The notes under the pieces are model-generated. The model was not told where the DNA came from. It did not search any database and worked only from the letters and a program-made list of their open reading frames with translations. From Candidatus Aenigmatarchaeota archaeon (GTDB taxonomy: Archaea; Aenigmatarchaeota; Aenigmatarchaeia; QMZP01; QMZT01), in contig JAZDFI010000016.1 of NCBI GenBank assembly GCA_043808015.1, positions 1-29,049 on the forward strand: a DNA stretch of 29,049 bases. The letters run 5' to 3'. A program made the translations under genes and the position numbers. Position 1 is the stretch's first letter. The number at the start of each line of letters is the position of its first letter. Of this stretch, positions 9,654-17,653 are shown piece by piece.

Positions 9654-11084
9654 ATGGACCTGTTTTTCGTGATACTGGCGTTTGTCATCGCGATTTTCTT
9701 CATAGCCAGGCCGGTTTCCTTCCGCGCGCCCCGCAGCCTGCCGTTCATCGGCGGACGCGAAATAACGCTCGACTACGCCTTCGGCAGCGTGTTCGGCGTG
9801 CTCATAATACTTATCGCTGGCGTGCTGACGCCGGGCCAGGCTTTCGCTTCGTTAGTCGGCCGCCCCGGCTTCAGCCCGTTCACGATAATCATCCTATTCA
9901 TGGCGGTCGTGTACATCGCGATATCGCTCGACAGCACCGGCTTCTTCGAATACCTGGCGCTCAGGATAGTGCTGCGCTCGGGAGGCGACGGGCGAAAGCT
10001 GTTCTTTTACTTCTACTTCCTCAGCGGCTTCGTCACGCTGTTCACGACGAACGACATTGTCATCCTCACGCTCACGCCCATAATATTCTATTTCGGCAAG
10101 CACGCGAAGATACGTGTGCTTCCTTATCTTGTAGCGGAGTTCTTCGCCGCGAACATATGGAGCATGTTCCTTTACGTGGGCAATCCCACGAACATAATCG
10201 CTGCTTCGGCGACAGGCATCGGCCTCATCGAGTACTCGGCCTGGATGATACTGCCCACAGTCGCTGCCGGCCTGACCTGCCTGCTGCTGCTTTATTTAGT
10301 TTTCAAAAAGAACGTGAACATGCGTTTCGTCATTCCGAAGGACATAGACCCGAAGCACTTCCTGAAGGACAGGAGATGCGCCTACGTGACTTTCGCGACT
10401 TTCTGCGCCACGCTGGCAACCCTCTTCGTCTCGCCGTTCCTGGGGCTGGAGATGTGGGCCGTCGCCTTGTTCTTCGCGCTGGTGCTGTTCACTTACGATG
10501 CTGCCATAGCCTTCGATGAATATTCAAAGGAACATCTGCAGTATTTCCACGTGTTCAAGCACTACGTCCACCGCCAAGCGACGAAGATATACGAGTTCCG
10601 CCTGCACTTCATAGCGGACCACATACCGTGGAAAATCATTCCCTTCCTTTTCTGTTCGTTCATCATGGTCGAGGCGCTTGTCTTTGCAGGCGTAACTGAT
10701 GCGGCTGCGGTACTCATAACCGCGCTTTCTTTCAATATATTCGCAGCAACCATCTCCATGGGCTTCCTTTCGGCGTTCGCCGCGAACCTCGTCAACAACC
10801 AGCCCATGACCGTGCTCTTCACCAAGATAACCGAGAGTTCGCAGTTCGCCCTGCCTGCCAGCACGAAGCTCGCTTCCATATTCTCCCTCATAATCGGCAG
10901 CAACCTAGGCGCGAACATCACGCTCATCGGCGCCCTGGCCGGCATAATGTGGATTAAGATACTGAGGAACAAGGACCAGCACATCAACTACCGCAGCTTC
11001 GCGAAGCTCGGCCTGATTATCACGCCGCTGGTCCTGCTCGTCGCCTGCGTGACGCTGGCTATAGAGTTCTTCTTTTTCGGATAA
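9654..11084 (+). CDS. ArsB/NhaD (IT superfamily) membrane transporter
   Basis: Many hydrophobic helices; motifs LDSTGFF, TNDIVILTLTP, GNPTNII, VNNQP, GSNLGANITLIGALAGIMW. The 9545..10519 ORF is an off-frame shadow. Confidence 0.85.
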   Translation: MDLFFVILAFVIAIFFIARPVSFRAPRSLPFIGGREITLDYAFGSVFGVLIILIAGVLTPGQAFASLVGRPGFSPFTIIILFMAVVYIAISLDSTGFFEYLALRIVLRSGGDGRKLFFYFYFLSGFVTLFTTNDIVILTLTPIIFYFGKHAKIRVLPYLVAEFFAANIWSMFLYVGNPTNIIAASATGIGLIEYSAWMILPTVAAGLTCLLLLYLVFKKNVNMRFVIPKDIDPKHFLKDRRCAYVTFATFCATLATLFVSPFLGLEMWAVALFFALVLFTYDAAIAFDEYSKEHLQYFHVFKHYVHRQATKIYEFRLHFIADHIPWKIIPFLFCSFIMVEALVFAGVTDAAAVLITALSFNIFAATISMGFLSAFAANLVNNQPMTVLFTKITESSQFALPASTKLASIFSLIIGSNLGANITLIGALAGIMWIKILRNKDQHINYRSFAKLGLIITPLVLLVACVTLAIEFFFFG

Positions 11085-11106
11085 GCCCTTTTAAGAAAAG
11101 CGCTTG
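11082..11106. repeat. 25-nt imperfect palindrome, first of three tandem hairpins (11082-11141) between convergent genes
   Basis: TAAGCCCTTTT-AAG-AAAAGCGCTTG, followed by TGCG/CGCA (11105-11119) and ACCTTCT/AAAAGGT (11123-11141). Confidence 0.5.
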
Positions 11107-11143
11107 CGGAAAAGACGCATGGACCTTCTGCTGAAAAAGGTTT

Positions 11144-11166
11144 AAAATAAAAGAAAAAAGAAAGGG
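11144..11166 (-). terminator. Oligo-T terminator candidate for the 108-aa membrane protein gene
   Basis: Minus strand reads CCCTTTCTTTTTTCTTTTATTTT about 30 nt after the stop, as expected for archaeal T-tract termination. Confidence 0.5.
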
Positions 11167-11194
11167 CTTGCTTCTCTAGTTTTCCCTTGTGCAT

Positions 11195-11521
11195 TTACTT
11201 GGATTTGGTTATTGTGTAGACTTCCTTGAGTGCCACTATCAGTGCTGCGCCTGCCACGAATGAGACGAATGCCGCGAGTATGTCCGGCACCAGCGGGACG
11301 GTGGCCATCACGGAATGAAGGCCCTGTCCTACAAGCATAAGCGCAACTGTCCCCAAAAGGAACTTCTGGACCTCTTCGCCCGTCACGTTAAGGAACCCTA
11401 CAATGATTCCAAGCACGACGAGAGCCGGGAGTCCGTAAACTCCTAGGTTGACAAATCCTGCTATCACTGATATCACTAATCCAGCGATAAATGCATATCT
11501 ACCGATTGTTTCCTTGTTCAT
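11195..11521 (-). CDS. Small hypothetical membrane protein (about 4 TM)
   Basis: 108 aa, four hydrophobic segments, LGIIVGFLNVT.EE..FL pattern; TTTATATG promoter-like motif upstream on the minus strand. Confidence 0.8.
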   Translation of the reverse strand: MNKETIGRYAFIAGLVISVIAGFVNLGVYGLPALVVLGIIVGFLNVTGEEVQKFLLGTVALMLVGQGLHSVMATVPLVPDILAAFVSFVAGAALIVALKEVYTITKSK

Positions 11522-11604
11522 AGAAATCCTGTTATATAATTGCCCGGGCCCATATAAATATTTCCCCTGCCGTGTTACGTCAATATATTAATTAATATAG
11601 AAAA

Positions 11605-12450
11605 TCAGGCAAACAGGGGTAAAAGCGCCTGGGCGTTCTGGATGGCGAAGACGACAATCCCCAGGAGGATGAGTTCGCCTTCCGATATCACGTCCGTTAT
11701 CCCCTTCACACCAACTCGGTTTATGATGAACATGTAAAGGAACGACCAGATGATTATCAGGTTCGCCGTGATGGGCATGCTGCTGATGTCAAAATTCCAT
11801 GCGAGCATGAAGAACACTATCATGAAGATGTTGAGCGCGTGGCATATGGTCTTGACCTTGTTTATGCCGAAAGTGTTCGCTATCGTTCTCACGCGGCTGA
11901 CCTTGTCACCCTCCACGTCCTGGGCGTCGAAAGCGACCGTATCGATGAGAACGCGTATGAAGAAGAACATGAACACCGACAGGCTCAGCGGCTCGAAATA
12001 CGTCACAGGATGCGTGTAGGAAAGCGCGAGAAAAGCGACCATGGCCCATCCGAAGGCGACGATTAGGTTCTTCAGGATCAGCAGCTTCTTCAGGCGGATG
12101 ACGCTGTAAGAGAAGACGAGAATGAACGGCGCGAGCGCTATCATGAAACTAGCGATGCTGTTGGTTAACGCCAGATACAGGGAGAACGCGTAAAGCGCGG
12201 CTGATAAGTAAAATACGGGCTTGCCGCTGTTCTTGATGAACTTGACCCTCGAAGGATAATTTATCTTGTCCTCTTCCATGTCAGTGTACCTGTTAAGACT
12301 GTAGAGAAAGAAGGTCACGCAGAACGCGATGACCATAGGCTGCCAGTATATGGGCATTCCAAGGAGAACCATGCAGAGATACGCGACCGCGCTCGCGCTC
12401 ACGCCAAGATATATGTTGCTGTGGATGAGAAAATTCAGAAGCTTGTTCAT
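11605..12450 (-). CDS. UbiA-family prenyltransferase
   Basis: Asp-rich motifs LNRYTDMEEDKINYPSR and FDAQDVEGD, YS..RLKK...KN, multiple TM helices. ATG 12450 preferred; alternative TTG at 12462. Confidence 0.85.
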   Translation of the reverse strand: MNKLLNFLIHSNIYLGVSASAVAYLCMVLLGMPIYWQPMVIAFCVTFFLYSLNRYTDMEEDKINYPSRVKFIKNSGKPVFYLSAALYAFSLYLALTNSIASFMIALAPFILVFSYSVIRLKKLLILKNLIVAFGWAMVAFLALSYTHPVTYFEPLSLSVFMFFFIRVLIDTVAFDAQDVEGDKVSRVRTIANTFGINKVKTICHALNIFMIVFFMLAWNFDISSMPITANLIIIWSFLYMFIINRVGVKGITDVISEGELILLGIVVFAIQNAQALLPLFA

Positions 12451-12553
12451 ACTAATATACAAATAGCCTCTTCTGGTATAAAAACTGAGGCCAGTCCGCC
12501 AGTAGCCGCGTTTATCGTCAGGACCAGGTCAGGCAGGCCGGGAAGTTTTAACC

Positions 12554-12563
12554 TTTATAAATA
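12554..12563 (+). promoter_or_regulatory. TATA box for the DEAD-box helicase transcript
   Basis: TTTATAAATA, a consensus archaeal TATA about 170 nt upstream of the ATG, implying a long leader. Confidence 0.55.
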
Positions 12564-12589
12564 TGCACTATATTAATTAACAAAGCACA

Positions 12590-12722
12590 ATGCGAAAAAC
12601 GGCGTTGGGATCATCCGCCTCTTGGCGATGAATACTGATTCTGTTTTCGTCTTTGATAACTGTAAACCCGAGTAAACAACGTTTACTAAAAAAAGTTTAC
12701 ATGCTTAAAAGGAGTGATATAA
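12590..12722 (+). promoter_or_regulatory. Structured 5' leader of the DEAD-box helicase (two long hairpins, possible 13-aa uORF, strong SD)
   Basis: Hairpin 12592-12650 (GCGAAAA/TTTTCGT outer; TCAT-CGCC/GGCG-ATGA inner). Hairpin 12661-12701 (TGTAAAC/GTTTACA outer; AGTAAAC/GTTTACT inner). SD GGAGTGA at 12711-12717. Confidence 0.55.
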
Positions 12723-14015
12723 ATGTCATTTGAAAAATTAGGAATAGAACCGAGAATACTTGATATTCTCAAGAAGGCGGGCTTCGAGAAGCCGACGCCC
12801 ATACAGAAGGCGTGCATACCCCTCATAAAAGAGGGGAAAGACGTCATAGCGCAATCGGAGACAGGCTCCGGAAAAACGCTGGCGTTTGCGATACCCATCA
12901 TAGAAAAGGTGGAGCATGGCAAGGGCGTGCAAGCGCTTGTCGTAACGCCGACAAGGGAGCTGGCGAACCAGATAATGAAGGAGTTCGTCAAGCTGACCGA
13001 CTACAGGATGGCCGAGGTCGCGAGCGTCTACGGCGGAGTGCCCATAGAGTCGCAGATACAGGCGCTTAAAACAGCGAGCATCGTCGTAGGAACGCCAGGC
13101 AGGATACTGGATCATCTCGAGCGCAGGACGATAAACCTGACGCACGTGCATTACCTAGTCTTAGACGAAGCGGACCGCATGCTTGACATGGGTTTCATCG
13201 ACGACGTCGAGCGCATAATCCGCCACACGTCGCGACAGCGACAAACGATGCTTTTCAGCGCAACCATGCCCGGTCCGGTCTTCCGCATAAGCCAGCGCTA
13301 CATGGAGAAACCGGTCAGCATCGAGACCGAACGTCACGTAAAGCCGGAGCTTCTCCACCAGGTCTACTACGATGTGCAGGAGAACGAGAAGTTCTCGTTA
13401 TTCGTGCATCTTTTGCAGCACGAGAAGCCGAAGCTCGCTCTCGTGTTCTGCGGGCGACGTCACACCGCGGATGCGGTAGCGAAGAACCTGGAGATACAGG
13501 GCATCGACGCCAAAGTGATACACGGCGGCCTCGAGCAGAACAAGCGCGAGCGCATAATAGGCGCGACGCACGCAGGCGAGGTGCACGTGCTCGTGGCGAC
13601 GGACGTCGCATCCAGAGGGCTGGACATAAAGGGCATAACGCACGTGTTCAACTACGACGTTCCTGAGAAACGAGACGACTACATACACAGGGTCGGCAGG
13701 ACCGCGCGCGCAGGCAAATCAGGCCTCGCGATAACGATACTGTCCGATGGCGACTACGACAACTTCCGTCGCATTCTCCGCGAAAACCCGGAGATGAACA
13801 TCGTTGCTGGCGAAAGACCAGAGTTCAGAAGGATCCCGTTCAACCCGCACGCGGGCCGCGAGCGCAGGGAAGGCCACCAGGGCCAGCGCTACGGTCAACG
13901 CGGCAGTGGATACGGTCGCGGCGGCCAGGAAGGCGGTCATCGCGGCGGAAGCCGTGGCGGCTACCGCAGCCCGTCAGGTCACAGCAGAAGCGAAAGCCGC
14001 GGCAGAAGATATTGA
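12723..14015 (+). CDS. DEAD-box RNA helicase with RGG-rich C-terminal tail
   Basis: Q motif PTPIQ, ETGSGKT, PTRELA, TPGR, DEAD, SAT, HRVGRTAR; Gly/Arg-rich tail. Confidence 0.96.
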   Translation: MSFEKLGIEPRILDILKKAGFEKPTPIQKACIPLIKEGKDVIAQSETGSGKTLAFAIPIIEKVEHGKGVQALVVTPTRELANQIMKEFVKLTDYRMAEVASVYGGVPIESQIQALKTASIVVGTPGRILDHLERRTINLTHVHYLVLDEADRMLDMGFIDDVERIIRHTSRQRQTMLFSATMPGPVFRISQRYMEKPVSIETERHVKPELLHQVYYDVQENEKFSLFVHLLQHEKPKLALVFCGRRHTADAVAKNLEIQGIDAKVIHGGLEQNKRERIIGATHAGEVHVLVATDVASRGLDIKGITHVFNYDVPEKRDDYIHRVGRTARAGKSGLAITILSDGDYDNFRRILRENPEMNIVAGERPEFRRIPFNPHAGRERREGHQGQRYGQRGSGYGRGGQEGGHRGGSRGGYRSPSGHSRSESRGRRY

Positions 14016-14026
14016 TTACATCTCGA

Positions 14027-14050
14027 AAGCGCCATTGTTTTCCGGCGCTT
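14027..14050. terminator. Hairpin between convergent helicase and NAD kinase genes
   Basis: AAGCGCC-N10-GGCGCTT, followed on the plus strand by TTTCTTTTT. Confidence 0.35.
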
Positions 14051-14802
14051 CACGCTTTCTTTTTAGAGAAAAATACGATTTTGGCAGGCCTGTCGCTCTT
14101 CCTCACGAAGACGACGTCATTCTCCTTTATGCGGGTGATCTGGTCTTCCTGGCCGTCGAAGCAGACTTCGCACTCGTCATTAAGGCATGTTATCATGGCA
14201 TGGCCCCTGTCCAGGACGATGTTCTTCTTCAGTCTCCCGGCGTACGGAGCGATTGCAGCCACTCCAAAATGGCCATTCATGCTAAGCGGCTTGGCGCCGG
14301 CTGATTTGGCGTAAGCGTTGGAGCCGCTCGGCGTGTAAACCAGTATGCCCGAGTTCCTTTCGAACGACTTCCTGCCGCCTGTTTCCAGGCTGGAGTTCAG
14401 CATCCGCCTGACGAATATGGGTGAAACGAGAACCTCGTTGAGCGCTTTGAAAGGCAGCAGCTTCCTGTTCAGCATCGCCTCTATCCTGGTGTATTCCCTT
14501 ACGAAATAGTCCTTGCCCTCTTTCCCGTTCAGCAGCCTTTTCAGCTTGGCCTCGAAGTCCTTGGCATTCGCTGTCGTGTAGTACCCCACGGATTTCCCGG
14601 GATTTATGCCGAGTATCGGGCATTCCAGGGACGACTGGAACATGAGGACAGTGCCGTCGCCTCCGACCGTTATCGCGAAATCGCAGTCTTCCGGCTCGTG
14701 AAACGCGTATGGCACGCCCGCTTCGCGCAGCATGGAGCACACCCTAAGGACGATTTGCTCGCCGTAATCCCTCTTCCACGCGATGAAAATCTTGGAGAAC
14801 AT
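14050..14802 (-). CDS. NAD(+)/NADH kinase family protein
   Basis: GGDGT, LGIN, LNE and TPSGSNAY..SAG motifs. ATG 14802 preferred over the track start at 14829. Confidence 0.88.
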   Translation of the reverse strand: MFSKIFIAWKRDYGEQIVLRVCSMLREAGVPYAFHEPEDCDFAITVGGDGTVLMFQSSLECPILGINPGKSVGYYTTANAKDFEAKLKRLLNGKEGKDYFVREYTRIEAMLNRKLLPFKALNEVLVSPIFVRRMLNSSLETGGRKSFERNSGILVYTPSGSNAYAKSAGAKPLSMNGHFGVAAIAPYAGRLKKNIVLDRGHAMITCLNDECEVCFDGQEDQITRIKENDVVFVRKSDRPAKIVFFSKKKA

Positions 14803-14852
14803 ACGTTTCAGACAACCTAATCTTAGCAAACGGTGTATTTATCGCTTTCGTC

Positions 14853-15965
14853 TTATTCCGGCTTGCTGGGAAGCAGCCCCGATTTCTTAAGTATAGCCCA
14901 TGTAGCAATCGTGCCTAAGACGGCAGAAATGACCAGCATGGTAAGATACCACGTTATGTCGCCGCTCGTGAAGCCGAACATTTCATTGCCGGCGATCGTG
15001 GCTATAGTGTTGGGCACGAGCAGCGCCGTGCTTATTATGGCCAGGTAGGCCGCGAGCATGGCCAGGCGGTTGTTGAGAACCTGCAGCTGGTTGTTGTATA
15101 TCGATTGCAAGACTTCGAGGCCGCTGGCCAGCACTTCGCTTAAGTGTTCCGCCAGGCCGATTTGTGAGTGGACTTCGCCGAGCAGGCCGCTGATCCTGCC
15201 CAGTACCCTGTCGTCGTCCGTGAGCAGGTCCGCGTCGCCGTAGCGAATCGAATTGAGCGCATCGACGGTCGACCACAACCCGCCGAGATAGACGATGAGA
15301 GCATGCTTCATCTGGTAGATTTTCGGCCCGAGCACTTGTCTCGGCGTCTTGGGGTCGGAAAGGTCCTGGCTCATCTTATCGCCCTGTTCTTCTATCTCTC
15401 TCAGGTGGTCGAAGTTGCGGGCGTTGTTCTCGTCTATTATCCTTGCCAGAAGAAGGGTTATCTTGTCGTTCTGTTCCGTCTTTTTCGGGAACTTGCGGAG
15501 GAGCGTCTCTGCGTACCGCCTTACGCGGAAGAAGCGCTTCGTCTCCCTCGTGTGTATCGTGACTATGGCGTTTTTCTTGATGAGGATGAGCAGAGGGTCG
15601 AGATTCACTTCGAAGCCCGAGACGCGCATCGCAGGCAGAAGGATGCCGACTTCGTTCAGGAAGTCTTCGTATCCGCTGCCTGTGCATTTTAGCATGTTTT
15701 TCGCGAGCAGCTCGCTGAAACCCAGCGACTGGGCGATCTTCAGGCTCTCGTTTTCGAAGTCGTCGACCACGTAGTCTATCCAGGCGACTTCCGCCTTGGA
15801 AATCATCTGGAAGAAATCCGCGACGTTGTTGGATTCGCTCTTTTTGGTGACGCCGTCATCGTAAAGCGCCGCACAGAAGCCGCGGTAGTCGAATTTTTCC
15901 TTGCCGTTAGCGCCGTTGCTTGGGCTGACGCCGATTTCAATTTTTTCCGTATTTTCGGCGCCCAT
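14853..15965 (-). CDS. CorA-family divalent cation transporter (non-canonical signature)
   Basis: WID in the N-domain, IVTIH strand, long coiled stalk, two C-terminal TM helices; no GMN motif. Confidence 0.8.
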   Translation of the reverse strand: MGAENTEKIEIGVSPSNGANGKEKFDYRGFCAALYDDGVTKKSESNNVADFFQMISKAEVAWIDYVVDDFENESLKIAQSLGFSELLAKNMLKCTGSGYEDFLNEVGILLPAMRVSGFEVNLDPLLILIKKNAIVTIHTRETKRFFRVRRYAETLLRKFPKKTEQNDKITLLLARIIDENNARNFDHLREIEEQGDKMSQDLSDPKTPRQVLGPKIYQMKHALIVYLGGLWSTVDALNSIRYGDADLLTDDDRVLGRISGLLGEVHSQIGLAEHLSEVLASGLEVLQSIYNNQLQVLNNRLAMLAAYLAIISTALLVPNTIATIAGNEMFGFTSGDITWYLTMLVISAVLGTIATWAILKKSGLLPSKPE

Positions 15966-16025
15966 ATTATAGTATCATTTTTGGGAATATAAATCCTTCT
16001 GAAAAAATGCATGAAAGAAATCGTT

Positions 16026-16622
16026 TCAGACGAAAATTCTGTCTATGATTTTTTTCACGTCGGCAAAAACGTCCTCTTTCGTCCGGTTGCCATCCACCGT
16101 GAAAAAACGTTCTTCGCCCGACATTCGTTTGTACGCTTCCCTGACTTTCGCGAGCAGCTCGACCTTCTCCAGCCTGTCGTCCGGCCGAGCGCGCCGTCTC
16201 TTCAGCGAGATTTCCGGGTCGATGTCGATGAATATCACTACATCAGGTCGTCTCGCCTTCTCGTGCAGCTCGCGTATCCATTTCTCTTCGACGTTGAAAA
16301 TCGCGGATTCGTAAGCGATGGTCGAGTAGAAGTAGCGGTCCGAAATCACGGTCATTCCTTTCGCCAGCGACGGCAGAATCGTCGTCTTCAGGTGCTCGTA
16401 TCGGTCGGCCGTGTAAAGCAGCGTTATCGCCTCGCCGCTCTTTATTTCGAACTTGCCGGCGAGCCAGTCCTTTATAGCGCGGCCCGCGACGTTGTCAGCG
16501 GTTGGCTCTTCGGTGTACATCACCCGCTCCCCGCGTCTGCGCAGGTATTCGAAGAGCATGCGCGACTGCGTGTGCTTGCCCGACTTGTCAATCCCCTCGA
16601 ATACGATGAACTTCCCCTGCAT
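16026..16622 (-). CDS. tmk: Thymidylate kinase
   Basis: FIVFEGIDKSGKHTQ, EEPT, LLYTADR, ISDRYFYSTIAY, PD. ATG 16622 preferred over 16631. Confidence 0.93.
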   Translation of the reverse strand: MQGKFIVFEGIDKSGKHTQSRMLFEYLRRRGERVMYTEEPTADNVAGRAIKDWLAGKFEIKSGEAITLLYTADRYEHLKTTILPSLAKGMTVISDRYFYSTIAYESAIFNVEEKWIRELHEKARRPDVVIFIDIDPEISLKRRRARPDDRLEKVELLAKVREAYKRMSGEERFFTVDGNRTKEDVFADVKKIIDRIFV

Positions 16623-16659
16623 AAAGAACAATATTATTTTCAGGTTTTAATTAATAAAA

Positions 16660-17196
16660 TCAGTAAGGCACGTTCTTGAGCTTCAGCATATAGGCTATCC
16701 TGTTCGCCAGCAGGTGGAAGACCGGCGTCATTACTACCAGAATTACGACCCATTCCCATTTCAGCGGATATACTAGCGCCAGAATAATCAGCATTCCTGC
16801 AATGAAGTCGAGCTGGTCAAGTATCGGAGCTGGCTTGCCTCGCGCGATGTTCAGGCGCCTCTTTATGAAAGAGCCGCCTATGTCGCCTAGCAGCGCGCCC
16901 AATCCTATGAGCGCGCCAATGAGCGGACTCATGGGAACCAGTGAAAGCGCGACTGGAGAAAGCTCCCACGGCAGGAATGGGTAAGCGAGCATCTGTATCG
17001 TTCCGACGAGCGCTCCGATGAAAACGCCAAACAATAATCCTTCCCACGTCTTGCCCGGGCCGAATATCTGCTTGCTTCTCCACATTCGCCCGCCGTCTAT
17101 CGCCCGCTTGCCGCGAGCGAGCATGCACAGGCCGTTCGCCCCGTAAGCCGGCCAGAGAATCCAGACAACCTCGACGAACGTGTAAATGTCAATCAT
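16660..17196 (-). CDS. carS: CDP-archaeol synthase
   Basis: PAYGAN, IDGG, GPGKTWEG, GALLGDIGGSFIKRR, LDQLDF, LKNVPY. Confidence 0.92.
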   Translation of the reverse strand: MIDIYTFVEVVWILWPAYGANGLCMLARGKRAIDGGRMWRSKQIFGPGKTWEGLLFGVFIGALVGTIQMLAYPFLPWELSPVALSLVPMSPLIGALIGLGALLGDIGGSFIKRRLNIARGKPAPILDQLDFIAGMLIILALVYPLKWEWVVILVVMTPVFHLLANRIAYMLKLKNVPY

Positions 17197-17244
17197 AAGA
17201 AAATATTTTGTCGTTCTGGTTAAAATAGGATTGTGCGAAGCGAA

Positions 17245-17610
17245 CTATTCTTTTTTGAAAAGCAGCCATTCCTTTTCGCCGGCTTTTTTGAATTTCAGTA
17301 GCACGTATTCCCCGCGCATTCTCTTGCCGTTCATTTTGAAAACGGTTTTTTCAGGCTTACGGTCTATGATTTCATACGTCCCGCTGTCCCAGATTTTTAC
17401 TGTGCCCTTGCCATATCCTTCCCTGATTTCGCCCTCGAATTTGCCATACGCCAGTGCATGGTCCTCGACCTGTATCGCTAGTCTCTTGACGCCAGCTTCG
17501 AGCGGCGGCTCCTTCGGGACTGCCCATGACTTGAGCACGCCGTCCATCTCCAGGCGCAGGTCCCAGTGCAGATGCGAAGCGTCATGCTCGTGGACTACGA
17601 AAACGGGCAT
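17245..17610 (-). CDS. Stand-alone LigD 3'-phosphoesterase domain protein
   Basis: FVVHEHDASHLHWDLRLEMDGVLKSWAVPK, KRLAIQVEDH, FEG.I..GYG.G.V.IWD.G. Confidence 0.93.
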   Translation of the reverse strand: MPVFVVHEHDASHLHWDLRLEMDGVLKSWAVPKEPPLEAGVKRLAIQVEDHALAYGKFEGEIREGYGKGTVKIWDSGTYEIIDRKPEKTVFKMNGKRMRGEYVLLKFKKAGEKEWLLFKKE

Positions 17611-17618
17611 GATTTAAG

Positions 17619-17628
17619 TTATATATAC
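17619..17628 (+). promoter_or_regulatory. TATA box of the tRNA gene
   Basis: TTATATATAC starting about 35 nt upstream of the mature tRNA 5' end. Confidence 0.5.
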
Positions 17629-17653
17629 TGAATAATAAGATAATGTTTGACAT

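Noticed and set aside
9545-10519. 324-aa same-strand alternative-frame ORF over the transporter
   Set aside because: Arg/His/Pro-rich off-frame translation typical of membrane-protein genes
13804-14304. Ala-rich ORF suggesting a frameshifted extension of the DEAD-box helicase
   Set aside because: It is the alternate frame of the RGG tail running antisense into the NAD kinase; no slippery site seen
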